Shown one piece after another: positions 1 through 11,627 of a stretch of 44,067 nt of DNA. Position numbers and translations under genes: made by a program. Each line of letters begins with the position of its first letter. Within the stretch, counting starts at the first letter, position 1. Source of the DNA: Candidatus Aenigmatarchaeota archaeon (GTDB taxonomy: Archaea; Aenigmatarchaeota; Aenigmatarchaeia; CG10238-14; SCSR01); NCBI GenBank assembly GCA_039090665.1, contig JAWCSL010000006.1, forward strand, positions 1 through 44,067. The letters run 5' to 3'. The notes beneath the pieces are model-generated. The model made no database searches. It saw only the letters and a list, made by a program, of their open reading frames with translations, and was not told the origin of the DNA.

Positions 1-2
1 GT

Positions 3-521
3 CTTGTTAAAAAAGATTTTACAAGCATAGAAGCTAATGATACAACCAAATTCACAATTCTTTTCTGGAACACAGAAGAAACTCCTTATCAAGTTAAGCT
101 AAAAGTTGTAGAAATTCCAAAAGGTTGGTTTATCAGTTTACAACCAAAAGAATTCATGTTAAGCTCTTCTGTTGGTGAAGAGTATGTAAGCTTGCCTTAC
201 ACTTCAAAACCTGTGAAGGCTTTTCCTGTTGATGTGTTTGTTAAACCAGAAAATGCCAAACCAGGTTCTTACCAAATTGTCATTAAAGCCAAAGCTGGTC
301 TTCCTTCCAGGGGCATAACTTTCTTCCAAGAAAGGGAATTCAAGCTCACAGTAAACATTCGGGGAGAAAAGATTCAAGACAACGGAATTGAAGTCCTAGA
401 AAAAACCACAACTTTGCCATTAAGAGAGGAAAATTCGGGACAAACTTCTTCTGTTTTCACTTATCTCTTTGCCATATTTTGCATTTTAGTGGTTTCTCTG
501 CTAATATATAAATATGCGTAA
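3..521 (+). CDS. 5'-truncated hypothetical surface protein with C-terminal membrane anchor
   Basis: Frame is open from position 3 through the ORF-track ATG at 156; beta-rich body, C-terminal hydrophobic helix (YLFAIFCILVVSLLIY). Confidence 0.6.
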   Translation, partial: LVKKDFTSIEANDTTKFTILFWNTEETPYQVKLKVVEIPKGWFISLQPKEFMLSSSVGEEYVSLPYTSKPVKAFPVDVFVKPENAKPGSYQIVIKAKAGLPSRGITFFQEREFKLTVNIRGEKIQDNGIEVLEKTTTLPLREENSGQTSSVFTYLFAIFCILVVSLLIYKYA

Positions 522-1758
522 AATCTACTTTGCCCTAGTTTTGATTCTCTTGCTCGTATCTATTTTTATCTTGAGAAACTTTTTGTCAAAAGTTGGTCTT
601 GTCGTGAACACCATAAATGTTTCTATTCAAGAAAAATTGATTGGAAAATTGCTCTTAGCCTTTAAACCTTATCTTGAAATTGGAGAAACTCAACAGATAA
701 CAACAGAATTCATCAACATAGGAACTAAACCTGTAACAGAAAAAATTGAAATAAGGGTTAGTGGTTATGTGAACGGGACTTTAAGACCTCTTGCTTATTA
801 TTATGATGTTCAAGTGCCATTGAATCCAGGTATGAGAAGAAGTTATAGCACTGTGTTTTTACCGCCAAACATTGGTCTATATTATATTCAAGCAAGAGCA
901 TATTATGATACAAGAGTTGTGGAAGTATGGGGAGTTTTTACAGTTTCTTCACCACCTCCTGAAATCATTCCAATATATCCGCCTGCTGCACCTGAAGCTC
1001 CTCCTTCTGCTCCTGTTCTCGGAATACCTGACTTAAGCTTGGAGTATCCATCTCAAGCCAAGTTCTACAAAGGAGAAAAAAGGTTGCTAAATATAACAGT
1101 GAAAAATGTAGGGACTGCCGTGCTGCACAATCTTAAACTTTACATATCAATCTCTTCTTTAATAAATGTGGAAATTCATCCTAAACAAGTTTCAGTCTTG
1201 GGCTTGAATCAATCTGTTATATTTGTGGTTTCTGTTGAAGTTCCTGAAAATGTGGAAACTGGAATTTATCCAATTGAGTTTGAAGTTTGGAATGATGAAG
1301 GAATGAAGAAGAGAGGGGAAATTGCTATAGAAGTTGTTGCTGTTGCTCCACCAGAAGAAGAAGAAATTCACAGCAAGATCTTGAATTATCAGTTCTTGAT
1401 ATTTGAAATTCAAAAAGAAATAAATTCTGCTTTTTCTGAAGGGTATGATGTTACTCTTGCAAATCAAACTTTGAATTATGCTAGACTGAGTTTGGAAAAA
1501 GCAAAAGATTATTTGAGACTAAAAAGAATTGTTGAAGCGAAGAAAGAGTTGGGTTTGGTTGAAAAGTACATTGAAAGCGCTGCTCTGCAACTTGCAAGCA
1601 CAACACTATATCTCTACAAACCACCTGCTTTTCTCTGGTGGCTTATCCTATTGATGATAATCTTGATAGTTATAGCTTTCTTAGTGTATTGGTACTTGAA
1701 GAGAAGGAAGAAGAAACCAAAACTTTTGCAAAAGTTGGAAGAAGAAATAGAAAGATAA
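514..1758 (+). CDS. membrane-anchored surface protein with Ig-like/CARDB-like domains
   Basis: N-terminal signal/TM, Pro-rich linker, 'NITVKNVG...L.NL' CARDB-like motif, C-terminal TM followed by basic KRRKKK. Confidence 0.6.
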   Translation: MRKIYFALVLILLLVSIFILRNFLSKVGLVVNTINVSIQEKLIGKLLLAFKPYLEIGETQQITTEFINIGTKPVTEKIEIRVSGYVNGTLRPLAYYYDVQVPLNPGMRRSYSTVFLPPNIGLYYIQARAYYDTRVVEVWGVFTVSSPPPEIIPIYPPAAPEAPPSAPVLGIPDLSLEYPSQAKFYKGEKRLLNITVKNVGTAVLHNLKLYISISSLINVEIHPKQVSVLGLNQSVIFVVSVEVPENVETGIYPIEFEVWNDEGMKKRGEIAIEVVAVAPPEEEEIHSKILNYQFLIFEIQKEINSAFSEGYDVTLANQTLNYARLSLEKAKDYLRLKRIVEAKKELGLVEKYIESAALQLASTTLYLYKPPAFLWWLILLMIILIVIAFLVYWYLKRRKKKPKLLQKLEEEIER

Positions 1759-1781
1759 AAACCAGAAACAAAAGATAAATT

Positions 1782-2033
1782 ATGGGACTTTTTGGGCCTT
1801 TCGTGTATAAGTCGAAAAAGACTGGCCAAAAATTTTGGCTTCATATGAAAGTTAGGGGGAATGCTAGAATTTTCTATTTCTCCAAAGATCCCACAAATGC
1901 TATTTTTGACTTACCTCTTGGCTATGAAGTGGTTGAAAATCCAAAAACAGGTCTTCCATTCTTGAGGAAGAAAACTAGTGCTGGATTCTTCTCGATTTTT
2001 AAATTCAAAAAGGAAGAAGCTGAGAAAAAATAA
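1782..2033 (+). CDS. small basic hypothetical protein
   Basis: 83-aa ORF co-oriented in the operon; no family recognised with confidence. Confidence 0.6.
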   Translation: MGLFGPFVYKSKKTGQKFWLHMKVRGNARIFYFSKDPTNAIFDLPLGYEVVENPKTGLPFLRKKTSAGFFSIFKFKKEEAEKK

Positions 2034-2061
2034 GTAAATAACAGCACAATTATTAAATAGC

Positions 2062-2856
2062 ATGGCAAGGATAATTGGAATTGTTTCTGGAAAAGGAGGT
2101 GTTGGGAAAACAACTTTAACAATAAACTTAGGAGCAGCTTTATCACATTTTTTAAATAAAAAAGTAACTGTTGTGGACTGCAACATCACAACTTCTCATT
2201 TGGGCTTGTATCTTGGAATGTATTATTGTCCAATAACTTTGAATAAAGTGTTGAGGGGGGAGTGTGGGATAGAAGAAGCTTTATACGATCATTACACTGG
2301 AATGAAAGTTGTCCCTGCTTCACTTTCTGTGACTGAACTTGAAGGTGTTGATGTTACTTTACTCAGAGAGAGTTTAAAACCATTAGAAGAGAAAAATGAC
2401 ATAATTCTTTTGGATAGTAGTCCTGGTCTAGGAAGAGAAGCTATGGCTTGTTTAAAAGCTTGTGAAGAAGTTTTGTATGTAACTTCACCTTATATTCCAT
2501 CTGTAATTGATATAGTAAAATATCAAGAAGTAGTTAATGAATTAAACCTCAGACCCATAGGAATAGTTTTGAATGCTGTTGATAATGCAAGATATGAGAT
2601 GAATGTAAAAGAAATAGAAGAACTGACTCGCTTACCTGTGCTTGCTTCAATTCCTTATGATAAAAACATCAAGAAAGCTTTGTCTCTTAAAATGCCTGTG
2701 GTGATGTTGAATAAAAACTCTCCTGCAAGCAAAGAGATGATAAAGTTTGCAGCAAAGCTTGTGGGTGAAGAGTACAGGGTAGAAAGCTCTTTTTCTAGAA
2801 TAATGGAAAGATTGAAGAACTTCATGAAGCTTAAAGCTTCTTTAAGCCCGATTTGA
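2062..2856 (+). CDS. minD: MinD/ParA-family ATPase
   Basis: Deviant Walker A SGKGGVGKTT, 'LLDSSPG' Walker B, 'IPYD' C-terminal motif. Confidence 0.85.
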   Translation: MARIIGIVSGKGGVGKTTLTINLGAALSHFLNKKVTVVDCNITTSHLGLYLGMYYCPITLNKVLRGECGIEEALYDHYTGMKVVPASLSVTELEGVDVTLLRESLKPLEEKNDIILLDSSPGLGREAMACLKACEEVLYVTSPYIPSVIDIVKYQEVVNELNLRPIGIVLNAVDNARYEMNVKEIEELTRLPVLASIPYDKNIKKALSLKMPVVMLNKNSPASKEMIKFAAKLVGEEYRVESSFSRIMERLKNFMKLKASLSPI

Positions 2857-2926
2857 AACTAGTTTTTCCAAGACTTTAATTTTTAGCAGTTATCTTTAAA
2901 TATTTAGTGTTTAAATAATCTAAAAT

Positions 2927-3271
2927 ATGAAAACTGAAAAAAGAGCAGTGTTGATAACCTTTAGTGTGAATTCTGAAAAGTTTGAAAGTTATTATGAAAG
3001 GAATAAATTTTTCAGAAGTTTGTACGGTTGGAAACAAATGGTAAAAAAAGAAGTTTTCATTAGCAACAAACCAAAAGAAAAAGTGTACACTTATCAAAGG
3101 GAAGGCTTACTTAACGGAATTCCCCACAAAAAAGTTGATCAAAGTAGCTTTATTATTCCAGAAGATGAATTTGATAAAGTGGAGAAATTTATGAAAGAAT
3201 GGGGAGAAAAAGTTATGTGGAAAGCTTTCAAAGTATTATTGGAGGAAGATATTTTTGAGGGGGAAGATTGA
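2927..3271 (+). CDS. hypothetical protein
   Basis: 114-aa ORF with upstream TTTAAATA; its stop directly abuts the cdc48 start. Confidence 0.6.
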   Translation: MKTEKRAVLITFSVNSEKFESYYERNKFFRSLYGWKQMVKKEVFISNKPKEKVYTYQREGLLNGIPHKKVDQSSFIIPEDEFDKVEKFMKEWGEKVMWKAFKVLLEEDIFEGED

Positions 3272-5572
<2,301 letters not shown>

Positions 5573-5608
5573 GAATTTTGAAGACCAATTTATTATAAGG
5601 GAAAGAAA

Positions 5609-6034
5609 ATGTTGATAAAAGATGTGATGAATAAGGAAGTTGTGGTAATAAATCCTAGCGTAAGCTTGAGAGAAGCTTCTAGGGTCATGTGTGAAAAACA
5701 CATAGGAAGTTTAATAGTTGTGGAAAATGATGAGATAGTTGGAATTTTAACACAAACTGATATCTTAAAGGCAGTGGCAGAAGAAAAAGACCTTGACACC
5801 ACAAGTGTTGAAGAAGTGATGAACAAAAAAGTGTTCACCATAGATTATGAGAAAACTATTGAAGATGCTGTCAATTTGATGATGGAAAAAAAGATAAAGA
5901 GGCTACCTGTTACTAAAGAAGGCAAGTTGGCAGGAATTATAACAGCAAGTGACATAATTACAGTTGAGCCAAAGCTCATAACAGGAATTGCCAACTTGCT
6001 CTCAATGAAAATCCCTGGCTATAAAGGTGGTTGA
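5609..6034 (+). CDS. CBS domain pair protein
   Basis: Two CBS repeats (IGSLIVV..GILT..DI; IKRLPV..GIIT..DI). Confidence 0.9.
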   Translation: MLIKDVMNKEVVVINPSVSLREASRVMCEKHIGSLIVVENDEIVGILTQTDILKAVAEEKDLDTTSVEEVMNKKVFTIDYEKTIEDAVNLMMEKKIKRLPVTKEGKLAGIITASDIITVEPKLITGIANLLSMKIPGYKGG

Positions 6035-6179
6035 AATAAAAGCAAGGTGCTTTTGCCCGAAACATGGAAAACTTAGCTTGGAAGAAATTGTGGTTAAGAA
6101 CGGGCTTCCAGTTTGCTCTAAATGCTCAAGCGAGCTTCAATTCACGGATATAAGACCTAGATTCAACCCCAAAAAGTAG
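6027..6179 (+). CDS. small zinc-finger protein, 50 aa (not in ORF track)
   Basis: GTG start overlapping the CBS gene end; MVEIKARCFCPKHGK...PVCSKCSS (CxxH...CxxC). Confidence 0.6.
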   Translation: MVEIKARCFCPKHGKLSLEEIVVKNGLPVCSKCSSELQFTDIRPRFNPKK

Positions 6180-6186
6180 AGAGATT

Positions 6187-6327
6187 ATGTTTGAGTGTCC
6201 AAATTGTAAGTCAAGTAATATCAAGTTCATGCCATGGCTTGGAATGGTGTATGAATGTAAAGATTGTGGTTACAAAGGACCAATAGTGATTAGGAAGAAG
6301 ACCAAATCCCAACTTTCTTTATCCTAG
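6187..6327 (+). CDS. small zinc-ribbon protein, 46 aa (not in ORF track)
   Basis: MFECPNCKS...YECKDCGYKGP, two CxxC knuckles. Confidence 0.7.
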   Translation: MFECPNCKSSNIKFMPWLGMVYECKDCGYKGPIVIRKKTKSQLSLS

Positions 6328-6739
6328 CTTCTTCTTCTGCTTTTTCAAAACACTCATAATACTTAACATCTTTTCCTGCCATAGATTTAGCAAGTCCAAG
6401 TTTTACCATCTCACAATTCACTAGCTTTTCTTCCAAGAAAACATATCTTAAAAGCCTCCCATATTTGTCTTTGTCTAAATTTTCATCTTTCTCGATTTTA
6501 ACAATATTGCCCAAGAGTATCTCTTCAAGAGCAAGCTTAGCTTCTTGAGAAAAAGCTTCACCAATCTCTGGTGCATCTATTCCTAGAAGCCTTATCCTAT
6601 CACCATTTTCAAGCTCTATTGTATCCCCATCCAAAACTTTTACAACAAAATGTTCTTGAGTTTTCGACAACAAGAATTGTGAAAAATGGGCTAAAATTAG
6701 GAGTATTGTGGGCAAGAAATATAATAGTTTTTTGAACAT
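6290..6739 (-). CDS. thermonuclease (staphylococcal nuclease-like), secreted or membrane-anchored
   Basis: DGDT, RIRLLGIDAPE and DKYGRLLRYV motifs; N-terminal hydrophobic segment. Confidence 0.92.
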   Translation of the reverse strand: MFKKLLYFLPTILLILAHFSQFLLSKTQEHFVVKVLDGDTIELENGDRIRLLGIDAPEIGEAFSQEAKLALEEILLGNIVKIEKDENLDKDKYGRLLRYVFLEEKLVNCEMVKLGLAKSMAGKDVKYYECFEKAEEEARIKKVGIWSSS

Positions 6740-6871
6740 AGTTAATTTTTACTCGGCTTGGTTAGTTGAATTTTTCCTACTCTCTTTTTTAGAAAGAAAA
6801 AATCACCACTATAAAGTTGGTACAGAAATAGGTTTTTAAATAATGTTTACAAACTATGGTTAAGGATGAGT

Positions 6872-6979
6872 ATGAATCTACCAAAACTTAAACCATGGCA
6901 ATGGGCTGTCGTGGCCGTGTTGGTAATCATAGTTCTAGTGGTCTTGGCCCAAGCCATGGGGTTAGTAAAACTCTTCTAA
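6872..6979 (+). CDS. 35-aa single-TM microprotein (not in ORF track)
   Basis: MNLPKLKPWQWAVVAVLVIIVLVVLAQAMGLVKLF; upstream TTTTTAAATA and downstream T-tract; alternative ATG at 6866. Confidence 0.55.
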   Translation: MNLPKLKPWQWAVVAVLVIIVLVVLAQAMGLVKLF

Positions 6980-7015
6980 AGAACTTGATTTTAACTTTTT
7001 CTTTCTTTTTTTTAA

Positions 7016-7255
7016 TCAACCGGCAAAAGATTTTTCAAATTTAACGCCTTTCTCAAAAGGCTTATCATCTTTATGTCCAAATTCTTCAACAGCTTCTACT
7101 GCTTGCATATCTCCAAGTCTTTCGCTACATTCTTTACAAATTGTCAAGACTTTTTTTGTATCCTCATCACCCAAGCTAAAAACTGTTGTTTCTTTACCAC
7201 ATAAATCACATTTTCCCTCGAAAGTTGCTGAAATCTTAAGTTTCATTACATCCAA
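7016..7255 (-). CDS. small zinc-binding hypothetical protein
   Basis: CDLC...CKEC; true start may be the ATG of MKLKI. Confidence 0.65.
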   Translation of the reverse strand: MDVMKLKISATFEGKCDLCGKETTVFSLGDEDTKKVLTICKECSERLGDMQAVEAVEEFGHKDDKPFEKGVKFEKSFAG

Positions 7256-7279
7256 TTTGTTCTTTCTTCTATATATAGA

Positions 7280-7747
7280 TCAAAAATTGTCGAGAAGAAG
7301 ATGTAAAGAATAAGCAGAAAATACGAGGAAGAAAAAAGAGAAGAAATTGTGTGGATTGAAATTGAAAATAGGTAAAAAGATGAAAGTCAAGAAAAAAGAA
7401 AAGACTAGGGAAAAAGGGAAAGAGTGGGTAATTCCTCGATGTTTGGTTGGTAAAAGAGTTATCAAGAAATAAGAGAGAAAAAAATAGGCCAAACCATAAT
7501 ACCAAGTTGCTGGAAAAAGGGTGAAATAAAGCAAGGCTATTTGGGTTGAAACAAAAAAGGCAAACACTTTTCTTGATTTGGATTTTTTCATGTCTATATC
7601 TGGAAAAATGCTAACAAAAGGAACTAGCAATATAAGCAAGGTGGTTTTTTGAATATCTGTTTCTAAAAGAGGGAAGATCTTGTTAAATGTGAGCCAGAAA
7701 GAAAGAAGGAGAAGACCAAAAATTAGGTGAACTTTCCAGTCTGGCAT
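7280..7747 (-). CDS. membrane-bound metal-dependent hydrolase (YdjM-like)
   Basis: N-terminal H, PDID, HRGITHS and HLLLD motifs; multiple TM segments. Confidence 0.8.
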   Translation of the reverse strand: MPDWKVHLIFGLLLLSFWLTFNKIFPLLETDIQKTTLLILLVPFVSIFPDIDMKKSKSRKVFAFFVSTQIALLYFTLFPATWYYGLAYFFLSYFLITLLPTKHRGITHSFPFSLVFSFFLTFIFLPIFNFNPHNFFSFFFLVFSAYSLHLLLDNF

Positions 7748-7758
7748 TTTATCACAAA

Positions 7759-7871
7759 TAGCCCCGGCCAGATTCGAACTGGCGTGTTCAGGTTTCTTTC
7801 TTCATCTTTTTATCTGAGCTTTAGACTTGAAGTCCAAAGCCTGACATCCTTGACCGCTAGATGACGGGGCT
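7759..7871 (-). tRNA. tRNA-Gln(UUG) with 40-nt intron at 37/38 (7794-7833)
   Basis: Acceptor AGCCCCG/CGGGGCT (A1-U72), anticodon stem TCAGG/CCTGA, T-loop TTCGAAT; strict BHB (CTTT:AAAG, CTTCA:TGAAG). Confidence 0.93.
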
Positions 7872-7895
7872 CTAAAAATTAACTTAGGTGTCAGG

Positions 7896-7904
7896 TTATA
7901 AAAA
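7896..7904 (-). promoter_or_regulatory. TATA box of tRNA-Gln
   Basis: TTTTTATAA about 25 nt upstream of the tRNA 5' end. Confidence 0.5.
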
Positions 7905-7908
7905 TTTT

Positions 7909-8136
7909 TTACTTATTTTTTGCTGCTTTTATGCCTTTGGTTGTGATGATATAACTGCTTGAGCCTAATGGTGAGATATTTGCCAAATAACCTTTTTCAA
8001 TTAAAGATTTTAACAAGTTATCTAAACCTGCAACATCAAGCTTACCTTCAACAAGCTTGAACAGCTCTTCTTTACTCATCACAAGCCTTTTCGCCATTTC
8101 TTCAAGAATTTCCTTTTCTATTCCATCAGTATCCAT
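7909..8136 (-). CDS. small winged-helix protein
   Basis: 'LLKSLIEKGYL...YIITTKG' wHTH-like pattern. Confidence 0.55.
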   Translation of the reverse strand: MDTDGIEKEILEEMAKRLVMSKEELFKLVEGKLDVAGLDNLLKSLIEKGYLANISPLGSSSYIITTKGIKAAKNK

Positions 8137-8670
8137 TCAAGCCACCAATTGTTTCTTAACTTCCCATGCTTTCTCTTTTCCCAAAAGCTTTTCGACTATT
8201 GCTAAAGCAAATTCCAATGCTGTGCCTGGACCTTGAGAAGTTATAATATTGGCATCTACCACAACCTTCTCGTCTCTTGGATAAGGCAATTCTTTCTCCA
8301 TTCCAGGATAAATTGTTGCTCTTTTGTTGTCAAGCAAATGATATTTTGCCAAAATAGAAGGAGCTGCACAAATTGCAGCTATAAGCTTTCCTTTTTCATT
8401 CATTTTTTCCAAAAATTCTTTGACTTTGCTTGATTTCAAAAGATTAGCAACTCCTTTAGAGCCTCCTGGCAAAACTATCCCATCATATTTCTCAATATCA
8501 ATTTCATTCAACTTCTTATCTGCCATCACATTTATGTTATGGCTTCCTGTAACCCAGCCAGAAGTTATGCCTACAGCATCAACTTCTATTCCTGCTCTCC
8601 TAAGCACATCTATAACAGTAATTGCTTCTATTTCTTCAAAACCGTCTGCCAGCAAAACAAGGACTCTCAT
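8137..8670 (-). CDS. DJ-1/PfpI (YajL/ThiJ-like) family protein
   Basis: GFEEIE, LPGG, AICAAP and TSQGPGT motifs. Confidence 0.93.
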   Translation of the reverse strand: MRVLVLLADGFEEIEAITVIDVLRRAGIEVDAVGITSGWVTGSHNINVMADKKLNEIDIEKYDGIVLPGGSKGVANLLKSSKVKEFLEKMNEKGKLIAAICAAPSILAKYHLLDNKRATIYPGMEKELPYPRDEKVVVDANIITSQGPGTALEFALAIVEKLLGKEKAWEVKKQLVA

Positions 8671-8701
8671 AAATTAATTTTTGTTTTCGTTTTATTTATT
8701 T

Positions 8702-9049
8702 ATGGAAAAATTCAAGCAGGTTATTGTTGTTAGAACTGACTTGAAAATGGGAAAAGGAAAGATAGCAACTCAAGTGGCACATGCTGCTGTTGGTGTTTTA
8801 AAGCTTGTAAATGAAGAAACAGTGAAAAAGTGGGAAAGGGAAGGAAGCAAGAAAGTTGTTTTGAAAGTTGGAAGTGAAGAAGAACTTTTGCAGCTGTATA
8901 AAAAAACAAAAAAAGAAAAAATTCCTTGTTTTTTGGTCAAAGATGCTGGCTTAACTCAACTTAAGCCAGGTACGATAACAGCTTTGGGAATTGGGCCTGT
9001 TGAAGAAGAAAGGATTGACAAGATAACTGGAAAGCTTAAGTTGCTTTAG
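8702..9049 (+). CDS. pth2: peptidyl-tRNA hydrolase Pth2
   Basis: KQVIVVRTDLKMGKGK..QVAHA, KKVVLK, DAGLTQ, GIGP; ATG at 8702 preferred. Confidence 0.95.
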   Translation: MEKFKQVIVVRTDLKMGKGKIATQVAHAAVGVLKLVNEETVKKWEREGSKKVVLKVGSEEELLQLYKKTKKEKIPCFLVKDAGLTQLKPGTITALGIGPVEEERIDKITGKLKLL

Positions 9050-9095
9050 AGCCTTCTTCATAAAATACTTTGTGCTTAATATTTATTAAGAGACT

Positions 9096-10316
9096 ATGCA
9101 GCTGATAGATGTTGTGTATTTGATAGTTTACTCGGTAATTATTTACTGTTCTGTACTCTGGTTTACCGTATTTTTCAAAAACAAGGAAAAAATGTTTTAC
9201 GATCCAAAACCAAAAAGATTTCCTTCGATAACTTTTCTAGTTCCAGCTTACAATGAAGAAAAAAATATAGAAAAGTGTTTAAAATCAATTCTCAACCTCA
9301 ATTACCCGAAAGAAAAGCTCAAAATCATAGTTATTGATGATGGATCCACAGACAACACTGGAAAAATAGTTGAAAAATTTAAAGGAGTTAAGTTGATAAA
9401 ACAGCAAAAACAGGGAAAAGCAAGGGCTTTGAACAATGGCTTGAAGCATGTGAAAACAGAGCTTGTTGCTTGCATGGATGCTGACTCTTTTCCAGAAAAA
9501 GATTTTTTGATGAAAATGATTGGGTATATGGAAAAAAGAGGTGTTGCTTCCGTCACTCCTGCAATTAAAGTTTTTAAACCCAAAACCTTGATGCAAAAAA
9601 TTCAATGGGTTGAGTATTTGTGGTCAATATTCTTGAGAAAGCTTTTCAGTTTTTTTGATTGTCAGTATGTGACTCCAGGTCCAGGAAGCATTTACAAAAC
9701 TTCTGTTCTCAAAAAGCTTGGTGGTTTTGATGAAGATAACTTGGTGGAAGATACTGAAATAGCTCTAAGGCTTTTTAAGAATGATTATAAAATTGAAAAT
9801 AGCATTAATGCTTATGTTTACACTAAAACTCCTGCCAGCTTTAAAGCACTTTTCAACCAAAGGTTAAGGTGGTATAGAGGCTACATCCAAAATGTTTTCA
9901 AGTACTACAAAATGATTTTGAATCCAAAGTACGGAAACTTAGGGTTTTTTGTTCTGCCTATCAATTTTGTTTGGATGTTCATTCTTGGGTTTTTGTTCTT
10001 CTCACAGATCTTTACCCTTGTGTGGAATGGTATACAATACCTTATAAGTTGGTATCACATAAAATTTGCAATAATGCAGCCAGAAATTACTTTTGATATT
10101 TTCATGATTGATTTTTACACTTATTTCTTCGTGCTTTTCTTGTTTATGAGTATATTTGTTTTATGGTTGAGCGTGGTTTTCTCTGGAGAAAAGTTCAGCT
10201 TGAGAAAAAAGTTCAGCTTTTTCTTGAGCTACCTCTTCCTCTATCCTTTCCTTATATCTATTTTTTGGCTTTCATCCATAATATATGAAATAGTGGGGGC
10301 TAAGAAAAAATGGTGA
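9096..10316 (+). CDS. GT2 processive glycosyltransferase (PgaC/cellulose synthase-like)
   Basis: VPAYNEE, DDGS, DAD, ED and QRLRW motifs; C-terminal TM helices. Confidence 0.9.
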   Translation: MQLIDVVYLIVYSVIIYCSVLWFTVFFKNKEKMFYDPKPKRFPSITFLVPAYNEEKNIEKCLKSILNLNYPKEKLKIIVIDDGSTDNTGKIVEKFKGVKLIKQQKQGKARALNNGLKHVKTELVACMDADSFPEKDFLMKMIGYMEKRGVASVTPAIKVFKPKTLMQKIQWVEYLWSIFLRKLFSFFDCQYVTPGPGSIYKTSVLKKLGGFDEDNLVEDTEIALRLFKNDYKIENSINAYVYTKTPASFKALFNQRLRWYRGYIQNVFKYYKMILNPKYGNLGFFVLPINFVWMFILGFLFFSQIFTLVWNGIQYLISWYHIKFAIMQPEITFDIFMIDFYTYFFVLFLFMSIFVLWLSVVFSGEKFSLRKKFSFFLSYLFLYPFLISIFWLSSIIYEIVGAKKKW

Positions 10317-10981
10317 AAAGAAGAGTTTTTTGGGAATTTTATGTGATTTCAGTAGCAATAACTGCTTTCATCCTTTTCATGGGAATTTACATGGGAATTT
10401 TTTTAAGCAAAGGAAAAATAGAAGAGCTTCAAACTGAGCTCAGGAATCTTAAGCTTAATCAAGAAGACTTAATTTTCGAGCTCAGTTTTCTAACACTTGA
10501 TAAAAATGTTTCTTGCAACTTTATCGGCCAAGCTCTAGAAAGAGTAAGTTACGAAGCTGGAAAACTTGGAGAAAGAGTTGAGGCTTATGAAATAAGTGAA
10601 AAAATCAAGCATCCAGATTTTTACAATTTGAAAAAAGATTACATGATCACTTTAATAAGGTATTGGCTTTATGTTGAAGAATTGAAGAAAAGTTGTAACA
10701 AGAGTGATTTGGTCAGCGTGCTTTACTTTTACTCCAATAAGAATTGCTTTGATTGCAATTCCCAAGGAATGATATTAACTTATTTGAAGAAAAAATATCC
10801 TCAAAACTTGATGGTTTTTGCTTTGGATTATGATATAGAGCTGAACACAATCGAAATTTTAAAGAGAGTTTATGGTTTGGAAAGAGTTCCCAGCCTTGTG
10901 ATAAATGGCAAAAAATATGAAGGTTTGTTAACTCTAGAAAAATTGAGCCAAATACTATGCTCTGAGTACAAGCTTTGCTAA
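10310..10981 (+). CDS. membrane-anchored coiled-coil protein with C-terminal thioredoxin-like domain
   Basis: N-terminal TM; YFYS..CFDC; 'VPSLVING' cis-Pro motif. Confidence 0.65.
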   Translation: MVKRRVFWEFYVISVAITAFILFMGIYMGIFLSKGKIEELQTELRNLKLNQEDLIFELSFLTLDKNVSCNFIGQALERVSYEAGKLGERVEAYEISEKIKHPDFYNLKKDYMITLIRYWLYVEELKKSCNKSDLVSVLYFYSNKNCFDCNSQGMILTYLKKKYPQNLMVFALDYDIELNTIEILKRVYGLERVPSLVINGKKYEGLLTLEKLSQILCSEYKLC

Positions 10982-11556
10982 ATTTTTATTTCAAGAGCAG
11001 CCATCAAGAATTTAGTTACTGCCAAATCAAAATTTCTTAGCTGCTCCACCGAGCTTTTTGCATTTTCACCTTTGATGTAGATTACATGATTTTCAAGCTT
11101 TACTGAAGTTTCGTTTGAATAAATTGGATGGACTAAAGCTATTATTGGATTTTCTCTCGTTCCTTTCAAGTTTTCATAGCTCGTGATGTTAACAACATTA
11201 AAATTTGGTATGTAAGCAAAATTCAGTTTATAAGCTAATGTTAGCTTGTATGTGATTTCAAAAACTTCTACTGCGTAATGAGCATTGATTGTTTCATTTC
11301 CCGGCTTAAAAACTATTGTTATATTTTCTACAAAACTGTTCAAAATTTCTTTTCTCACTGCAATTTCGCTTGGATAAATCGGTACTTTTTCCGCATCTCT
11401 CAAGTTTATCCTAAACTTGAGGTTTTTGCCATAATAATTCCAAGAATATACTGGAAGCTTTATTCTTTGGAATAGTGTCAAAGCTAGCAAAAACAGCAAA
11501 AGAATTGAAGCTAGCAATAATATTTTCTTTTTGCTTAAAGTTAACCTGACTTTCAT
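10978..11556 (-). CDS. hypothetical membrane-anchored protein
   Basis: 192-aa ORF with N-terminal TM, downstream of the S-layer gene. Confidence 0.6.
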   Translation of the reverse strand: MKVRLTLSKKKILLLASILLLFLLALTLFQRIKLPVYSWNYYGKNLKFRINLRDAEKVPIYPSEIAVRKEILNSFVENITIVFKPGNETINAHYAVEVFEITYKLTLAYKLNFAYIPNFNVVNITSYENLKGTRENPIIALVHPIYSNETSVKLENHVIYIKGENAKSSVEQLRNFDLAVTKFLMAALEIKI

Positions 11557-11627
11557 TAGAATTAGAATTGTTTTTCAAAAATAAAAAGAAAAGAAAGCTG
11601 TCAAAAGCTTACAACAAGGTACCAGCC

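Noticed and set aside
2927..3271. Possible Cas2/VapD-like fold for the ORF before cdc48
   Set aside because: Only a vague pattern resemblance; no cas genes or array in the window
10190..10220. Short direct repeat AAAGTTCAGCTT in the GT2 gene
   Set aside because: 12-nt in-frame repeat encoding KFS twice; no sign of a mobile element
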